Notes under the pieces: model-generated
What the model was told of the DNA's origin: nothing
Seen by the model: only the letters and a program-made list of their open reading frames with translations
Databases searched by the model: none
Source of the DNA: Nemertoderma westbladi
Lineage: Eukaryota; Animalia; Xenacoelomorpha
DNA: 41,957 nt
Direction of reading: 5' to 3'
NCBI GenBank assembly: GCA_032718475.1
Contig: JAUCBJ010001216.1
Location: forward strand, 1-41,957
Made by a program: the position numbers and the translations under genes
Part shown: positions 11,301 to 26,523 of the stretch, in pieces
Numbering within the stretch: the first letter of the stretch is position 1
Layout: every line of letters begins with the position of its first letter

Positions 11301-14300
11301 ATTGTACCGGTACGTAGAGTGGTGAGGGTAATATAATAATCAGTTTATTGTACCGGTACGTAGAGTGGTGAGTGTAATATAATTATCACTTGATTGTACC
11401 GGTACGTAGAGTGGTGAGGGTAATATAATAATCACTTTATTGTACCAGTACGTAGAGTGGTGAGGGTAATATAATAATCACTTTATTGTACCGGTACGTA
11501 GAGTGGTGAGGGTAATATAATAATCAGTTTATTGTACCGGTATGTAGAGTGGTGAGTGTAATATAATTATCACTTGATTGTACCGGTACGTAGAGTGGTG
11601 AGGGTAATATAATAATCACTTTATTGTACCGGTACGTAGAGTGGTGAGGGTAATATAATAATCAGTTTATTGTACCGGTACGTAGAGTGGTGAGTGTAAT
11701 ATAATAATCACTTTATCATTGGTACGTAGAGTGGTGAGGGTAATATAATAATCACTTTATTGTACCGGTACGTAGAGTGATGAGTGTAATATAATAATCA
11801 CTTTATCATTGGTACGTAGAGTGGTGAGTGTACTATAATAATCACTTTATTGTACCGGTACGTAGAGTGGTGAGTGTAATATAATAATAACTTTATCATT
11901 GGTACGTAGAGTGGTGAGGGTAATATAATAATCACTTTATCATTGGTACGTCGAGTGGTGAGTGTAATATAATAATCACTTTATCATTGGTACGTAGAGT
12001 GGTAAGGGTAATATAATAATCACTTTATCATTGGTACGTAGAGTGGTGAGTGTAATATAATAATCACTTTATCATTGGTACGTAGAGAGGTGAGTGTAAT
12101 ATAATAATCACTTTATCATTGGTACGTAGAGTGGTGAGTGTAATATAATAATCACTTGATTGTACCGGTACGTCGAGTGGTGAGGGTAATATAATAATCG
12201 CTTTATCATTGGTACGTCGAGTGGTGAGTGTAATATAATAATCACTTTATTGTACCGGTACGTAGAGTGGTGAGTGTAATATAATAATCACTTTATTGTA
12301 CCGGTACGTAGAGTGGTGAGTGTAATATAATAATCACTTTATCATTGGTACGTAGAGTGGTGAGTGTAATATAATAATCACTTGATTGTACCGGTACGTA
12401 GAGTGGTGAGTGTAATATAATAATCACTTTATCATTGGTACGTCGAGTGGTGAGGGTAATATAATAATCGCTTTATCATTGGTACGTCGAGTGGTGAGTG
12501 TAATATAATAATCACTTTATTGTACCGGTACGTAGAGTGGTGAGTGTAATATAATAATCACTTGATTGTACCGGTACGTCGAGTGGTGAGGGTAATATAA
12601 TAATCGCTTTATCATTGGTACGTCGAGTGGTGAGTGTAATATAATAATCACTTTATTGTACCGGTACGTAGAGTGGTGAGTGTAATATAATAATCACTTT
12701 ATTGTACCGGTACGTAGAGTGGTGAGTGTAATATAATAATCGCTTTATCATTGGTACGTCGAGTGGTGAGTGTAATATAATAATCACTTTATTGTACCGG
12801 TACGTAGAGTGGTGAGGGTAATATAATAATCACTTTATTGTACCGGTACGTAGAGTGATGAGTGTAATATAATAATCACTTTATCATTGGTACATAGAGT
12901 GGTGAGTGTAATATAATAATCACTTTATTGTACCGGTACGTAGAGTGGTGAGTGTAATATAATAATAACTTTATCATTGGTACGTAGAGTGGTGAGGGTA
13001 ATATAATAATCACTTTATTGTACCGGTACGTAGAGTGGTGAGTGTAATATAATAATCACTTTATTGTACCGGTACGTAGAGTGGTGAGTGTAATATAATA
13101 ATCACTTTATCATTGGTACGTAGAGTGGTGAGGGTAATATAATAATCACTTTATTGTACCGGTACGTAGAGTGATGAGTGTAATATAATAATCACTTTAT
13201 CATTGGTACGTAGAGTGGTGAGTGTAATATAATAATCACTTTATTGTACCGGTACGTAGAGTGGTGAGTGTAATATAATAATAACTTTATCATTGGTACG
13301 TCGAGTGGTGAGGGTAATATAATAATCACTTTATTGTACCGGTACGTAGAGTGGTGAGTGTAATATAATAATCACTTTATTGTACCGGTACGTCGAGTGG
13401 TGAGTGTAATATAATAATCACTTTATTGTACCGGTACGTAGAGTGGTGAGTGTAATATAATAATCACTTTATCATTGGTACGTAGAGTGGTGAGTGTAAT
13501 ATAATAATCACATTATCATTGGTACGTAGAGTGGTGAGGGTAATATAATAATCACTTTATCATTGGTACGTCGAGTGGTGAGTGTAATATAATAATCACT
13601 TTATCATTGGTACGTAGAGTGGTGAGTGTAATATAATAATCACTTTATTGTACCGGTACGTAGAGTGGTGAGTGTAATATAATAATCACTTTATCATTGG
13701 TACGTCGAGTGGTGAGTGTAATATAATAATCACTTTATCATTGGTACGTCGAGTGGTGAGGGTAATATAATAATCACTTTATCATTGGTACGTAGAGTGG
13801 TGAGGGTAATATAATAATCACTTTATCATTGGTACGTCGAGTGGTGAGGGTAATATAATAATCACTTTATCATTGGTACGTCGAGTGGTGAGGGTAATAT
13901 AATAATCACTTTATCATTGGTACGTAGAGTGGTGAGTGTAATATAATAATCACTTTATTGTACCGGTACGTAGAGAGGTGAGTGTAATATAGTAATCACT
14001 TTATCATTGGTACGTAGAGTGGTGAGGGTAATATAATAATCACTTTATTGTACCGGTACGTAGAGTGGTGAGTGTAATATAATAATCACTTTATCATTGG
14101 TACGTAGAGTGGTGAGGGTAATATAATTATCACTTGATTGTACCGGTACGTAGAGAGGTGAGTGTAATATAATAATCACTTTATTGTACCGGTACGTAGA
14201 GTGGTGAGGGTAATATAATAATCACTTTATCATTGGTACGTCGAGTGGTGAGTGTAATATAATAATCACTTTATCATTGGTACGTCGAGTGGTGAGGGTA

Positions 14301-17300
14301 ATATAATAATCACTTTATCATTGGTACGTAGAGTGGTGAGTGTAATATAATAATCACTTTATTGTACCGGTACGTAGAGTGGTGAGGGTAATATAATAAT
14401 CACTTTATTGTACCGGTACGTAGAGAGGTGAGTGTAATATAATAATCACTTTATTGTACCGGTACGTAGAGTGGTGAGGGTAATATAATAATCACTTTAT
14501 TGTACCGGTACGTAGAGAGGTGAGTGTAATATAATAATCACTTTATTGTACCGGTACGTAGAGTGGTGAGTGTAATATAATAATCAGTTTATTGTACCGG
14601 TACGTAGAGTGGTGAGTGTAATATAATAATCACTTTATTGTACCGGTACGTAGAGAGGTGAGTGTAATATAATAATCACTTTATTGTACCGGTACGTAGA
14701 GTGGTGAGGGTAATATAATAATCACTTTATTGTACCGGTACGTAGAGAGGTGAGTGTAATATAATAATCACTTTATTGTACCGGTACGTAGAGTGGTGAG
14801 GGTAATATAATAATCACTTTATTGTACCGGTACGTAGAGAGGTGAGTGTAATATAATAATCACTTTATTGTACCGGTACGTAGAGTGGTGAGGGTAATAT
14901 AATAATCACTTTATTGTACCGGTACGTAGAGAGGTGAGTGTAATATAATAATCACTTTATTGTACCGGTACGTAGAGTGGTGAGTGTAATATAATAATCA
15001 CTTTATCATTGGTACGTAGAGTGGTGAGGGTAATATAATAATCACTTTATTGTACCGGTACGTAGAGTGATGAGTGTAATATAATAATCACTTTATCATT
15101 GGTACGTAGAGTGGTGAGTGTACTATAATAATCACTTTATTGTACCGGTACGTAGAGTGGTGAGTGTAATATAATAATAACTTTATCATTGGTACGTAGA
15201 GTGGTGAGGGTAATATAATAATCACTTTATCATTGGTACGTCGAGTGGTGAGTGTAATATAATAATCACTTTATCATTGGTACGTAGAGTGGTAAGGGTA
15301 ATATAATAATCACTTTATCATTGGTACGTAGAGTGGTGAGTGTAATATAATAATCACTTTATCATTGGTACGTAGAGAGGTGAGTGTAATATAATAATCA
15401 CTTTATCATTGGTACGTAGAGTGGTGAGTGTAATATAATAATCACTTGATTGTACCGGTACGTCGAGTGGTGAGGGTAATATAATAATCGCTTTATCATT
15501 GGTACGTCGAGTGGTGAGTGTAATATAATAATCACTTTATTGTACCGGTACGTAGAGTGGTGAGTGTAATATAATAATCACTTTATTGTACCGGTACGTA
15601 GAGTGGTGAGTGTAATATAATAATCACTTTATCATTGGTACGTAGAGTGGTGAGTGTAATATAATAATCACTTGATTGTACCGGTACGTAGAGTGGTGAG
15701 TGTAATATAATAATCACTTTATCATTGGTACGTCGAGTGGTGAGGGTAATATAATAATCGCTTTATCATTGGTACGTCGAGTGGTGAGTGTAATATAATA
15801 ATCACTTTATTGTACCGGTACGTAGAGTGGTGAGTGTAATATAATAATCACTTGATTGTACCGGTACGTCGAGTGGTGAGGGTAATATAATAATCGCTTT
15901 ATCATTGGTACGTCGAGTGGTGAGTGTAATATAATAATCACTTTATTGTACCGGTACGTAGAGTGGTGAGTGTAATATAATAATCACTTTATTGTACCGG
16001 TACGTAGAGTGGTGAGTGTAATATAATAATCGCTTTATCATTGGTACGTCGAGTGGTGAGTGTAATATAATAATCACTTTATTGTACCGGTACGTAGAGT
16101 GGTGAGGGTAATATAATAATCACTTTATTGTACCGGTACGTAGAGTGATGAGTGTAATATAATAATCACTTTATCATTGGTACGTAGAGTGGTGAGTGTA
16201 ATATAATAATCACTTTATTGTACCGGTACGTAGAGTGGTGAGTGTAATATAATAATAACTTTATCATTGGTACGTAGAGTGGTGAGGGTAATATAATAAT
16301 CACTTTATTGTACCGGTACGTAGAGTGGTGAGTGTAATATAATAATCACTTTATTGTACCGGTACGTAGAGTGGTGAGTGTAATATAATAATCACTTTAT
16401 CATTGGTACGTAGAGTGGTGAGGGTAATATAATAATCACTTTATTGTACCGGTACGTAGAGTGGTGAGTGTAATATAATAATCACTTTATTGTACCGGTA
16501 CGTAGAGTGGTGAGTGTAATATAATAATAACTTTATCATTGGTACGTAGAGTGGTGAGGGTAATATAATAATCACTTTATTGTACCGGTACGTAGAGTGG
16601 TGAGTGTAATATAATAATCACTTTATTGTACCGGTACGTAGAGTGATGAGTGTAATATAATAATCACTTTATCATTGGTACGTAGAGTGGTGAGTGTAAT
16701 ATAATAATCACTTTATTGTACCGGTACGTAGAGTGGTGAGTGTAATATAATAATAACTTTATCATTGGTACGTAGAGTGGTGAGGGTAATATAATAATCA
16801 CTTTATTGTACCGGTACGTAGAGTGGTGAGTGTAATATAATAATCACTTTATTGTACCGGTACGTCGAGTGGTGAGTGTAATATAATAATCACTTTATCA
16901 TTGGTACGTAGAGTGGTGAGTGTAATATAATAATCACTTTATCATTGGTACGTAGAGTGGTGAGGGTAATATAATAATCACTTTATTGTACCGGTACGTA
17001 GAGTGGTGAGTGTAATATAATAATCACTTTATCATTGGTACGTCGAGTGGTGAGTGTAATATAATAATTACTTTATCATTGGTACGTCGAGTGGTGAGGG
17101 TAATATAATAATCACTTTATTGTACCGGTACGTAGAGTGGTGAGTGTAATATAATAATCACTTTATTGTACCGGTACGTCGAGTGGTGAGTGTAATATAA
17201 TAATCACTTTATTGTACCGGTACGTAGAGTGGTGAGTGTAATATAATAATCACTTTATCATTGGTACGTCGAGTGGTGAGTGTAATATAATAATCACTTT

Positions 17301-20300
17301 ATCATTGGTACGTCGAGTGGTGAGGGTAATATAATAATCGCTTTATCATTGGTACGTCGAGTGGTGAGGGTAATATAATAATCACTTTATCATTGGTACG
17401 TCGAGTGGTGAGGGTAATATAATAATCACTTTATCATTGGTACGTCGAGTGGTGAGTGTAATATAATAATCACTTTATCATTGGTACGTCGAGTGGTGAG
17501 TGTAATATAATAATCACTTTATCATTGGTACGTCGAGTGGTGAGGGTAATATAATAATCACTTTATCATTGGTACGTCGAGTGGTGAGGGTAATATAATA
17601 ATCACTTTATTGTACCGGTACGTAGAGTGGTGAGTGTAATATAATAATCACTTTATCATTGGTACGTCGAGTGGTGAGTGTAATATAATAATCGCTTTAT
17701 CATTGGTACGTCGAGTGGTGAGGGTAATATAATAATCACTTTATCATTGGTACGTAGAGTGGTGAGTGTAATATAATAATCACTTTATTGTACCGGTACG
17801 TAGAGAGGTGAGTGTAATATAATAATCACTTTATCATTGGTACGTCGAGTGGTGAGTGTAATATAATAATCACTTTATCATTGGTACGTCGAGTGGTGAG
17901 GGTAATATAATAATCACTTTATCATTGGTACGTCGAGTGGTGAGGGTAATATAATAATCACTTTATTGTACCGGTACGTAGAGTGGTGAGTGTAATATAA
18001 TAATCACTTTATTGTACCGGTACGTAGAGTGGTGAGTGTAATATAATAATCACTTTATCATTGGTACGTAGAGTGGTGAGTGTAATATAATAATCACTTT
18101 ATCATTGGTACGTCGAGTGGTGAGGGTAATATAATAATCACTTTATCATTGGTACGTCGAGTGGTGAGTGTAATATAATAATCACTTTATCATTGGTACG
18201 TCGAGTGGTGAGGGTAATATAATAATCACTTTATCATTGGTACGTCGAGTGGTGAGGGTAATATAATAATCACTTTATTGTACCGGTACGTAGAGAGGTG
18301 AGTGTAATATAATAATCACTTTATCATTGGTACGTCGAGTGGTGAGTGTAATATAATAATCACTTTATCATTGGTACGTCGAGTGGTGAGGGTAATAAAT
18401 AATCACTTTATCATTGGTACGTAGAGTGGTGAGTGTAATATAATAATCACTTTATTGTACCGGTACGTAGAGAGGTGAGTGTAATATAATAATCACTTTA
18501 TTGTACCGGTACGTAGAGTGGTGAGTGTAATATAATAATCACTTTATTGTACCGGTACGTAGAGAGGTGAGTGTAATATAATAATCACTTTATCATTGGT
18601 ACGTCGAGTGGTGAGTGTAATATAATAATCACTTTATCATTGGTACGTCGAGTGGTGAGGGTAATAAATAATCACTTTATCATTGGTACGTAGAGTGGTG
18701 AGTGTAATATAATAATCACTTTATTGTACCGGTACGTAGAGAGGTGAGTGTAATATAATAATCACTTTATTGTACCGGTACGTAGAGTGGTGAGTGTAAT
18801 ATAATAATCACTTTATCATTGGTACGTAGAGTGGTGAGTGTAATATAATAATCACATTATCATTGGTACGTAGAGTGGTGAGGGTAATATAATAATCACT
18901 TTATCATTGGTACGTCGAGTGGTGAGTGTAATATAATAATCACTTTATCATTGGTACGTAGAGTGGTGAGTGTAATATAATAATCACTTTATCATTGGTA
19001 CGTAGAGTGGTGAGGGTAATATAATAATCACTTTATTGTACCGGTACGTAGAGTGATGAGTGTAATATAATAATCACTTTATCATTGGTACGTAGAGTGG
19101 TGAGTGTAATATAATAATCACTTTATTGTACCGGTACGTAGAGTGGTGAGTGTAATATAATAATAACTTTATCATTGGTACGTAGAGTGGTGAGGGTAAT
19201 ATAATAATCACTTTATTGTACCGGTACGTAGAGTGGTGAGTGTAATATAATAATCACTTTATTGTACCGGTACGTCGAGTGGTGAGTGTAATATAATAAT
19301 CACTTTATTGTACCGGTACGTAGAGTGGTGAGTGTAATATAATAATAACTTTATCATTGGTACGTAGAGTGGTGAGGGTAATATAATAATCACTTTATTG
19401 TACCGGTACGTAGAGTGGTGAGTGTAATATAATAATCACTTTATTGTACCGGTACGTCGAGTGGTGAGTGTAATATAATAATCACTTTATTGTACCGGTA
19501 CGTAGAGTGGTGAGTGTAATATAATAATCACTTTATCATTGGTACGTCGAGTGGTGAGTGTAATATAATAATCACTTTATCATTGGTACGTCGAGTGGTG
19601 AGGGTAATATAATAATCACTTTATTGTACCGGTACGTAGAGTGGTGAGTGTAATATAATAATCACTTTATTGTACCGGTACGTCGAGTGGTGAGTGTAAT
19701 ATAATAATCACTTTATTGTACCGGTACGTAGAGTGGTGAGTGTAATATAATAATCACTTTATCATTGGTACGTAGAGTGGTGAGTGTAATATAATAATCA
19801 CATTATCATTGGTACGTAGAGTGGTGAGGGTAATATAATAATCACTTTATCATTGGTACGTCGAGTGGTGAGTGTAATATAATAATCACTTTATCATTGG
19901 TACGTAGAGTGGTGAGTGTAATATAATAATCACTTTATTGTACCGGTACGTAGAGTGGTGAGTGTAATATAATAATCACTTTATCATTGGTACGTCGAGT
20001 GGTGAGTGTAATATAATAATCACTTTATCATTGGTACGTCGAGTGGTGAGGGTAATATAATAATCACTTTATCATTGGTACGTAGAGTGGTGAGGGTAAT
20101 ATAATAATCACTTTATCATTGGTACGTCGAGTGGTGAGGGTAATATAATAATCACTTTATCATTGGTACGTCGAGTGGTGAGGGTAATATAATAATCACT
20201 TTATCATTGGTACGTAGAGTGGTGAGTGTAATATAATAATCACTTTATTGTACCGGTACGTAGAGAGGTGAGTGTAATATAGTAATCACTTTATCATTGG

Positions 20301-21515
20301 TACGTAGAGTGGTGAGGGTAATATAATAATCACTTTATTGTACCGGTACGTAGAGTGGTGAGTGTAATATAATAATCACTTTATCATTGGTACGTAGAGT
20401 GGTGAGGGTAATATAATTATCACTTGATTGTACCGGTACGTAGAGAGGTGAGTGTAATATAATAATCACTTTATTGTACCGGTACGTAGAGTGGTGAGGG
20501 TAATATAATAATCACTTTATCATTGGTACGTCGAGTGGTGAGTGTAATATAATAATCACTTTATCATTGGTACGTCGAGTGGTGAGTGTAATATAATAAT
20601 CACTTTATTGTATCGGTACGTAGAGTGGTGAGTGTAATATAATAATCACTTTATTGTACCGGTACGTAGAGTGGTGAGGGTAATATAATAATCACTTTAT
20701 CATTGGTACGTCGAGTGGTGAGTGTAATATAATAATCACTTTATTGTATCGGTACGTAGAGAGGTGAGTGTAATATAATAATCACTTTATTGTACCGGTA
20801 CGTAGAGTGGTGAGGGTAATATAATAATCACTTTATCATTGGTACGTCGAGTGGTGAGTGTAATATAATAATCACTTTATCATTGGTACGTCGAGTGGTG
20901 AGGGTAATATAATAATCACTTTATTGTACCGGTACGTAGAGTGGTGAGGGTAATATAATAATCACTTTATCATTGGTACGTAGAGTGGTGAGTGTAATAT
21001 AATAATCACTTTATTGTACCGGTACGTAGAGTGGTGAGGGTAATATAATAATCACTTTATTGTACCGGTACGTAGAGAGGTGAGTGTAATATAATAATCA
21101 CTTTATTGTACCGGTACGTAGAGTGGTGAGGGTAATATAATAATCACTTTATTGTACCGGTACGTAGAGAGGTGAGTGTAATATAATAATCACTTTATTG
21201 TACCGGTACGTAGAGTGGTGAGTGTAATATAATAATCAGTTTATTGTACCGGTACGTAGAGTGGTGAGTGTAATATAATAATCACTTTATTGTACCGGTA
21301 CGTAGAGAGGTGAGTGTAATATAATAATCACTTTATTGTACCGGTACGTAGAGTGGTGAGGGTAATATAATAATCACTTTATTGTACCGGTACGTAGAGA
21401 GGTGAGTGTAATATAATAATCACTTTATTGTACCGGTACGTAGAGTGGTGAGGGTAATATAATAATCACTTTATTGTACCGGTACGTAGAGAGGTGAGTG
21501 TAATATAATAATCAC
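8360..21515 (+). repeat. 44/46-bp tandem satellite, middle segment (about 290 copies)
   Basis: Same unit, with mixed 44- and 46-mers and diagnostic point variants. Confidence 0.98.
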
Positions 21516-23421
21516 AATTCAATATTCAATTCAATATAAATTTAATCCTTCTTGATGTATGAAATTCATTGTATTGCACGCACCCAAATACCATAAAATG
21601 TGGATATATATTGTAAATAGTTAAGAAAAAAGTTGGTTGGGTGTCAGGGAACGATGTAAGGACACGGAGGCTAGCTAATAGCAGGGCTAGTAGACGCTAG
21701 CCACCGGGGGGGGGGGGTGGGGGTGAGAGAGGAGGGGGTAGGGGGGGGGGGGGGGGGGGGGAGGGAGGTTACATCTGAATACTCATAATTTAGGGTAGTT
21801 TTTATTAGTTTCGAAATTTATTAATTATATTTTTGAACCGTGGGACTAATCTTGTAAATAGTTACTTTTGTATGTAATAAGTAAGGTAACGTCAGCGGGA
21901 AATCTGTAGGCGACGGATGTACAATGCGGATGGAATTAAGATTTTTGCAATTTGAAATAAAATTAAAATTGGGCAAAGACGCAGGCCAGTGATATGGTTT
22001 GTATGGGAGTGAAATTGGTTATAATTTAGAAATTAGATGAAGTTTGTAATTTTTTGAAAATGTAGGTTTGGATTTTTTGTTACGCATATCACAAGGGATG
22101 GTACTCCAAATAGATGGGCCTTGAAAACACATGGATTTTTGGGAAGAGGTTAGACGAAATAGCGGTAAACAAAAGTTTCCTAAAGATGAAAAGCGGGTGG
22201 CGTAATTGTGTATGGATGAAGTTTTAGTAAATAAAGAACCGAGATCAGAGGTGGGGCTTATAATGTGGTGGTGGATATCATGCATGAAAAGGCCGGCCTG
22301 GTGTTTATACAGTAAGTTTAAAGGTAGAATTCGTAGTGATTTGTATAGAGGCGCAGAGGACGATTGTGAGTGACTGAAAGTAATGCATCTGATAATTTTG
22401 TTTATTTTAACTCTAAGTGGATGAAGGGTGGTGGAATGAGTACTTCCCCAAAGTAGAATACCGTACTGTATGTAAGGGTGAATTAGGGTGAAATAAAGTT
22501 GACGTAGAATATTTAAAGGGAAGATATAGCGCAATTTGTAGAAAATTCCAGACATTTTAGATATTTTTTTAATTATGAAGTTTACATGAGGCTTCCAATT
22601 TAGTTTGCTATCCACCCAGATGCCAAGGATTTTGGAGTTTGTTGAAAATTTAATTTGATTATTTTTAATTTCGCAGCATGGAATCTGGGTGGATAAGTTT
22701 GTTATTGTATTAGAGAATATAGTGTATTCAGTTTTCTTTAGGTTTAGAGATAGTCGATTAGCGTTCAGCCAATCAGATAGTTTGTTTAGTTCAAAGTTTG
22801 TTTGATCGATGAGTTGATGGATTTCTGGGTTAGAATGGAGGAGGGTGGTGTCGTCAGCGAAAAGGGTGGATAATAGATTGGTAGCGTTAGGTAGGTCATT
22901 AATGTAGAGGAGAAAGAGAATAGGTGAGATTACCGAACCTTGAGGAACACCACAGAGGAGGGGTTCAATAGCAGATAGTTTGTTACTGATACATACTTGT
23001 TGAGTTCTGCCCGTTAGAAAACTGGATAAGAGTTGATTGGGGATTCCTCGAATGCCGTAACAGTCTAGTTTGCGTAGTAAGATCGGGTGGTCAATGGTGT
23101 CGAAGGCTTTTTTTAGGTCAATATATATCGCACATGTTGAATTTTTGTCATCGAGAGAACGGTGAATTTTTTCAATTATTGATAGAAGAGCGTGGGAGGT
23201 TGAGGTTCTAGGGCGGAAGCCATACTGGGAAGTTGTTAGAACTGAATACTTAGTTAAATACGATTGCAGTTGCGAGTTTATTATTTGTTCGAATATTTTT
23301 GTTAGTACTGGAAGAAGAGATATTGGCCTGTAATTATTGGAGTCTGTTGGGTCATTGCCTTTGTAAATAGGAATAATTTTAGCTGGTTTGAGTGCACTGG
23401 GGAAGAAGCCTTGGGTAATAG
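21516..23421 (-). mobile_element. 5'-truncated non-LTR retrotransposon, CR1/L2 group
   Basis: RT motifs on the minus strand; ATTGA/TTGAA-type 3' tail at 21516-21535; ATCAC duplicated at 21511-21515 and 23422-23426. Confidence 0.92.
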
Positions 23422-23422
23422 A
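22019..23422 (-). pseudogene. Reverse transcriptase and C-terminal part of LINE ORF2 (5'-truncated, frame apparently uninterrupted)
   Basis: Translation includes NYRPISLL, DLKKAFDTIDH, GVPQGSVISPILF and LFADD, and continues in frame into listed ORF 22019-22615. Confidence 0.9.
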
Positions 23423-26400
23423 TCACTTTATTGTACCGGTACGTAGAGTGGTGAGGGTAATATAATAATCACTTTATTGTACCGGTACGTAGAGAGGTGA
23501 GTGTAATATAATAATCACTTTATTGTACCGGTACGTAGAGTGGTGAGTGTAATATAATAATCACTTTATCATTGGTACGTAGAGTGGTGAGGGTAATATA
23601 ATAATCACTTTATTGTACCGGTACGTAGAGTGATGAGTGTAATATAATAATCACTTTATCATTGGTACGTAGAGTGGTGAGTGTACTATAATAATCACTT
23701 TATTGTACCGGTACGTAGAGTGGTGAGTGTAATATAATAATAACTTTATCATTGGTACGTAGAGTGGTGAGGGTAATATAATAATCACTTTATCATTGGT
23801 ACGTCGAGTGGTGAGTGTAATATAATAATCACTTTATCATTGGTACGTAGAGTGGTAAGGGTAATATAATAATCACTTTATCATTGGTACGTAGAGTGGT
23901 GAGTGTAATATAATAATCACTTTATCATTGGTACGTAGAGAGGTGAGTGTAATATAATAATCACTTTATCATTGGTACGTAGAGTGGTGAGTGTAATATA
24001 ATAATCACTTTATTGTACCGGTACGTAGAGTGATGAGTGTAATATAATAATCACTTTATCATTGGTACGTAGAGTGGTGAGTGTAATATAATAATCACTT
24101 TATTGTACCGGTACGTAGAGTGGTGAGTGTAATATAATAATAACTTTATCATTGGTACGTAGAGAGGTGAGTGTAATATAATAATCACTTTATCATTGGT
24201 ACGTAGAGTGGTGAGTGTAATATAATAATCACTTTATTGTACCGGTACGTAGAGTGGTGAGTGTAATATAATAATAACTTTATCATTGGTACGTAGAGAG
24301 GTGAGTGTAATATAATAATCACTTTATCATTGGTACGTAGAGTGGTGAGTGTAATATAATAATCACTTTATTGTACCGGTACGTAGAGTGATGAGTGTAA
24401 TATAATAATCACTTTATCATTGGTACGTAGAGTGGTGAGTGTAATATAATAATCACTTTATTGTACCGGTACGTAGAGTGGTGAGTGTAATATAATAATC
24501 ACTTTATCATTGGTACGTAGAGAGGTGAGTGTAATATAATAATCACTTTATCATTGGTACGTAGAGTGGTGAGTGTAATATAATAATCACTTTATCATTG
24601 GTACGTAGAGTGGTGAGTGTAATATAATAATCACTTTATCATTGGTACGTAGAGTGGTGAGGGTAATATAATAATCACTTTATTGTACCGGTACGTAGAG
24701 TGGTGAGGGTAATATAATAATCACTTTATCATTGGTACGTAGAGTGGTGAGTGTAATATAATAATCACTTTATCATTGGTACGTAGAGTGGTGAGGGTAA
24801 TATAATAATCACTTTATTGTACCGGTACGTAGAGTGATGAGTGTAATATAATAATCACTTTATCATTGGTACGTAGAGTGGTGAGGGTAATATAATAATC
24901 ACTTTATCATTGGTACGTAGAGTGGTGAGTGTAATATAATAATCACTTTATTGTACCGGTACGTAGAGTGGTGAGTGTAATATAATAATAACTTTATCAT
25001 TGGTACGTAGAGTGGTGAGGGTAATATAATAATCACTTTATCATTGGTACGTAGAGTGGTGAGGGTAATATAATAATCAGTTTATCATTGGTACGTAGAG
25101 TGGTGAGTGTAATATAATAATCACTTTATCATTGGTACGTAGAGAGGTGAGTGTAATATAATAATCACTTTATCATTGGTACGTAGAGTGGTGAGTGTAA
25201 TATAATAATCACTTTATCATTGGTACGTAGAGAGGTGAGTGTAATATAATAATCACTTTATCATTGGTACGTAGAGTGGTGAGTGTAATATAATAATCAC
25301 TTTATCATTGGTACGTAGAGTGGTGAGTGTAATATAATAATCACTTTATTGTACCGGTACGTAGAGTGATGAGTGTAATATAATAATCACTTTATCATTG
25401 GTACGTAGAGTGGTGAGGGTAATATAATAATAACTTTATCATTGGTACGTAGAGAGGTGAGTGTAATATAATAATCACTTTATCATTGGTACGTAGAGTG
25501 GTGAGTGTAATATAATAATCACTTTATTGTACCGGTACGTAGAGTGATGAGTGTAATATAATAATCACTTTATCATTGGTACGTAGAGTGGTGAGGGTAA
25601 TATAATAATAACTTTATCATTGGTACGTAGAGTGGTGAGTGTAATATAATAATCACTTTATCATTGGTACGTAGAGAGGTGAGTGTAATATAATAATCAC
25701 TTTATCATTGGTACGTAGAGTGGTGAGTGTAATATAATAATCACTTTATTGTACCGGTACGTAGAGTGATGAGTGTAATATAATAATCACTTTATCATTG
25801 GTACGTAGAGTGGTGAGGGTAATATAATAATAACTTTATCATTGGTACGTAGAGTGGTGAGTGTAATATAATAATCACTTTATTGTACCGGTACGTAGAG
25901 TGGTGAGTGTAATATAATAATAACTTTATCATTGGTACGTAGAGTGGTGAGGGTAATATAATAATCACTTTATCATTGGTACGTAGAGTGGTGAGGGTAA
26001 TATAATAATCAGTTTATCATTGGTACGTAGAGTGGTGAGTGTAATATAATAATCACTTTATCATTGGTACGTAGAGTGGTGAGGGTAATATAATAATCAC
26101 TTTATCATTGGTACGTAGAGTGGTGAGTGTAATATAATAATCACTTTATTGTACCGGTACGTAGAGTGGTGAGTGTAATATAATAATAACTTTATCATTG
26201 GTACGTAGAGTGGTGAGGGTAATATAATAATCACTTTATCATTGGTACGTAGAGTGGTGAGTGTAATATAATAATCACTTTATCATTGGTACGTAGAGTG
26301 GTAAGGGTAATATAATAATCACTTTATCATTGGTACGTAGAGTGGTGAGTGTAATATAATAATCACTTTATTGTACCGGTACGTAGAGTGGTGAGTGTAA

Positions 26401-26523
26401 TATAATAATCACTTTATCATTGGTACGTAGAGAGGTGAGTGTAATATAATAATCACTTTATCATTGGTACGTAGAGTGGTGAGTGTAATATAATAATCAC
26501 TTTATTGTACCGGCCCGTAGAGA
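23422..26523 (+). repeat. 44/46-bp tandem satellite, right segment, ending ~26 nt before the exon
   Basis: Same unit, mostly 44-mers; the last unit decays into ...CGGCCCGTAGAGAATATTATT. Confidence 0.98.

Noticed and set aside
1-26523. CRISPR array
   Set aside because: Units are head-to-tail with no unique spacers, there are no cas genes, and the context is a eukaryotic intron.
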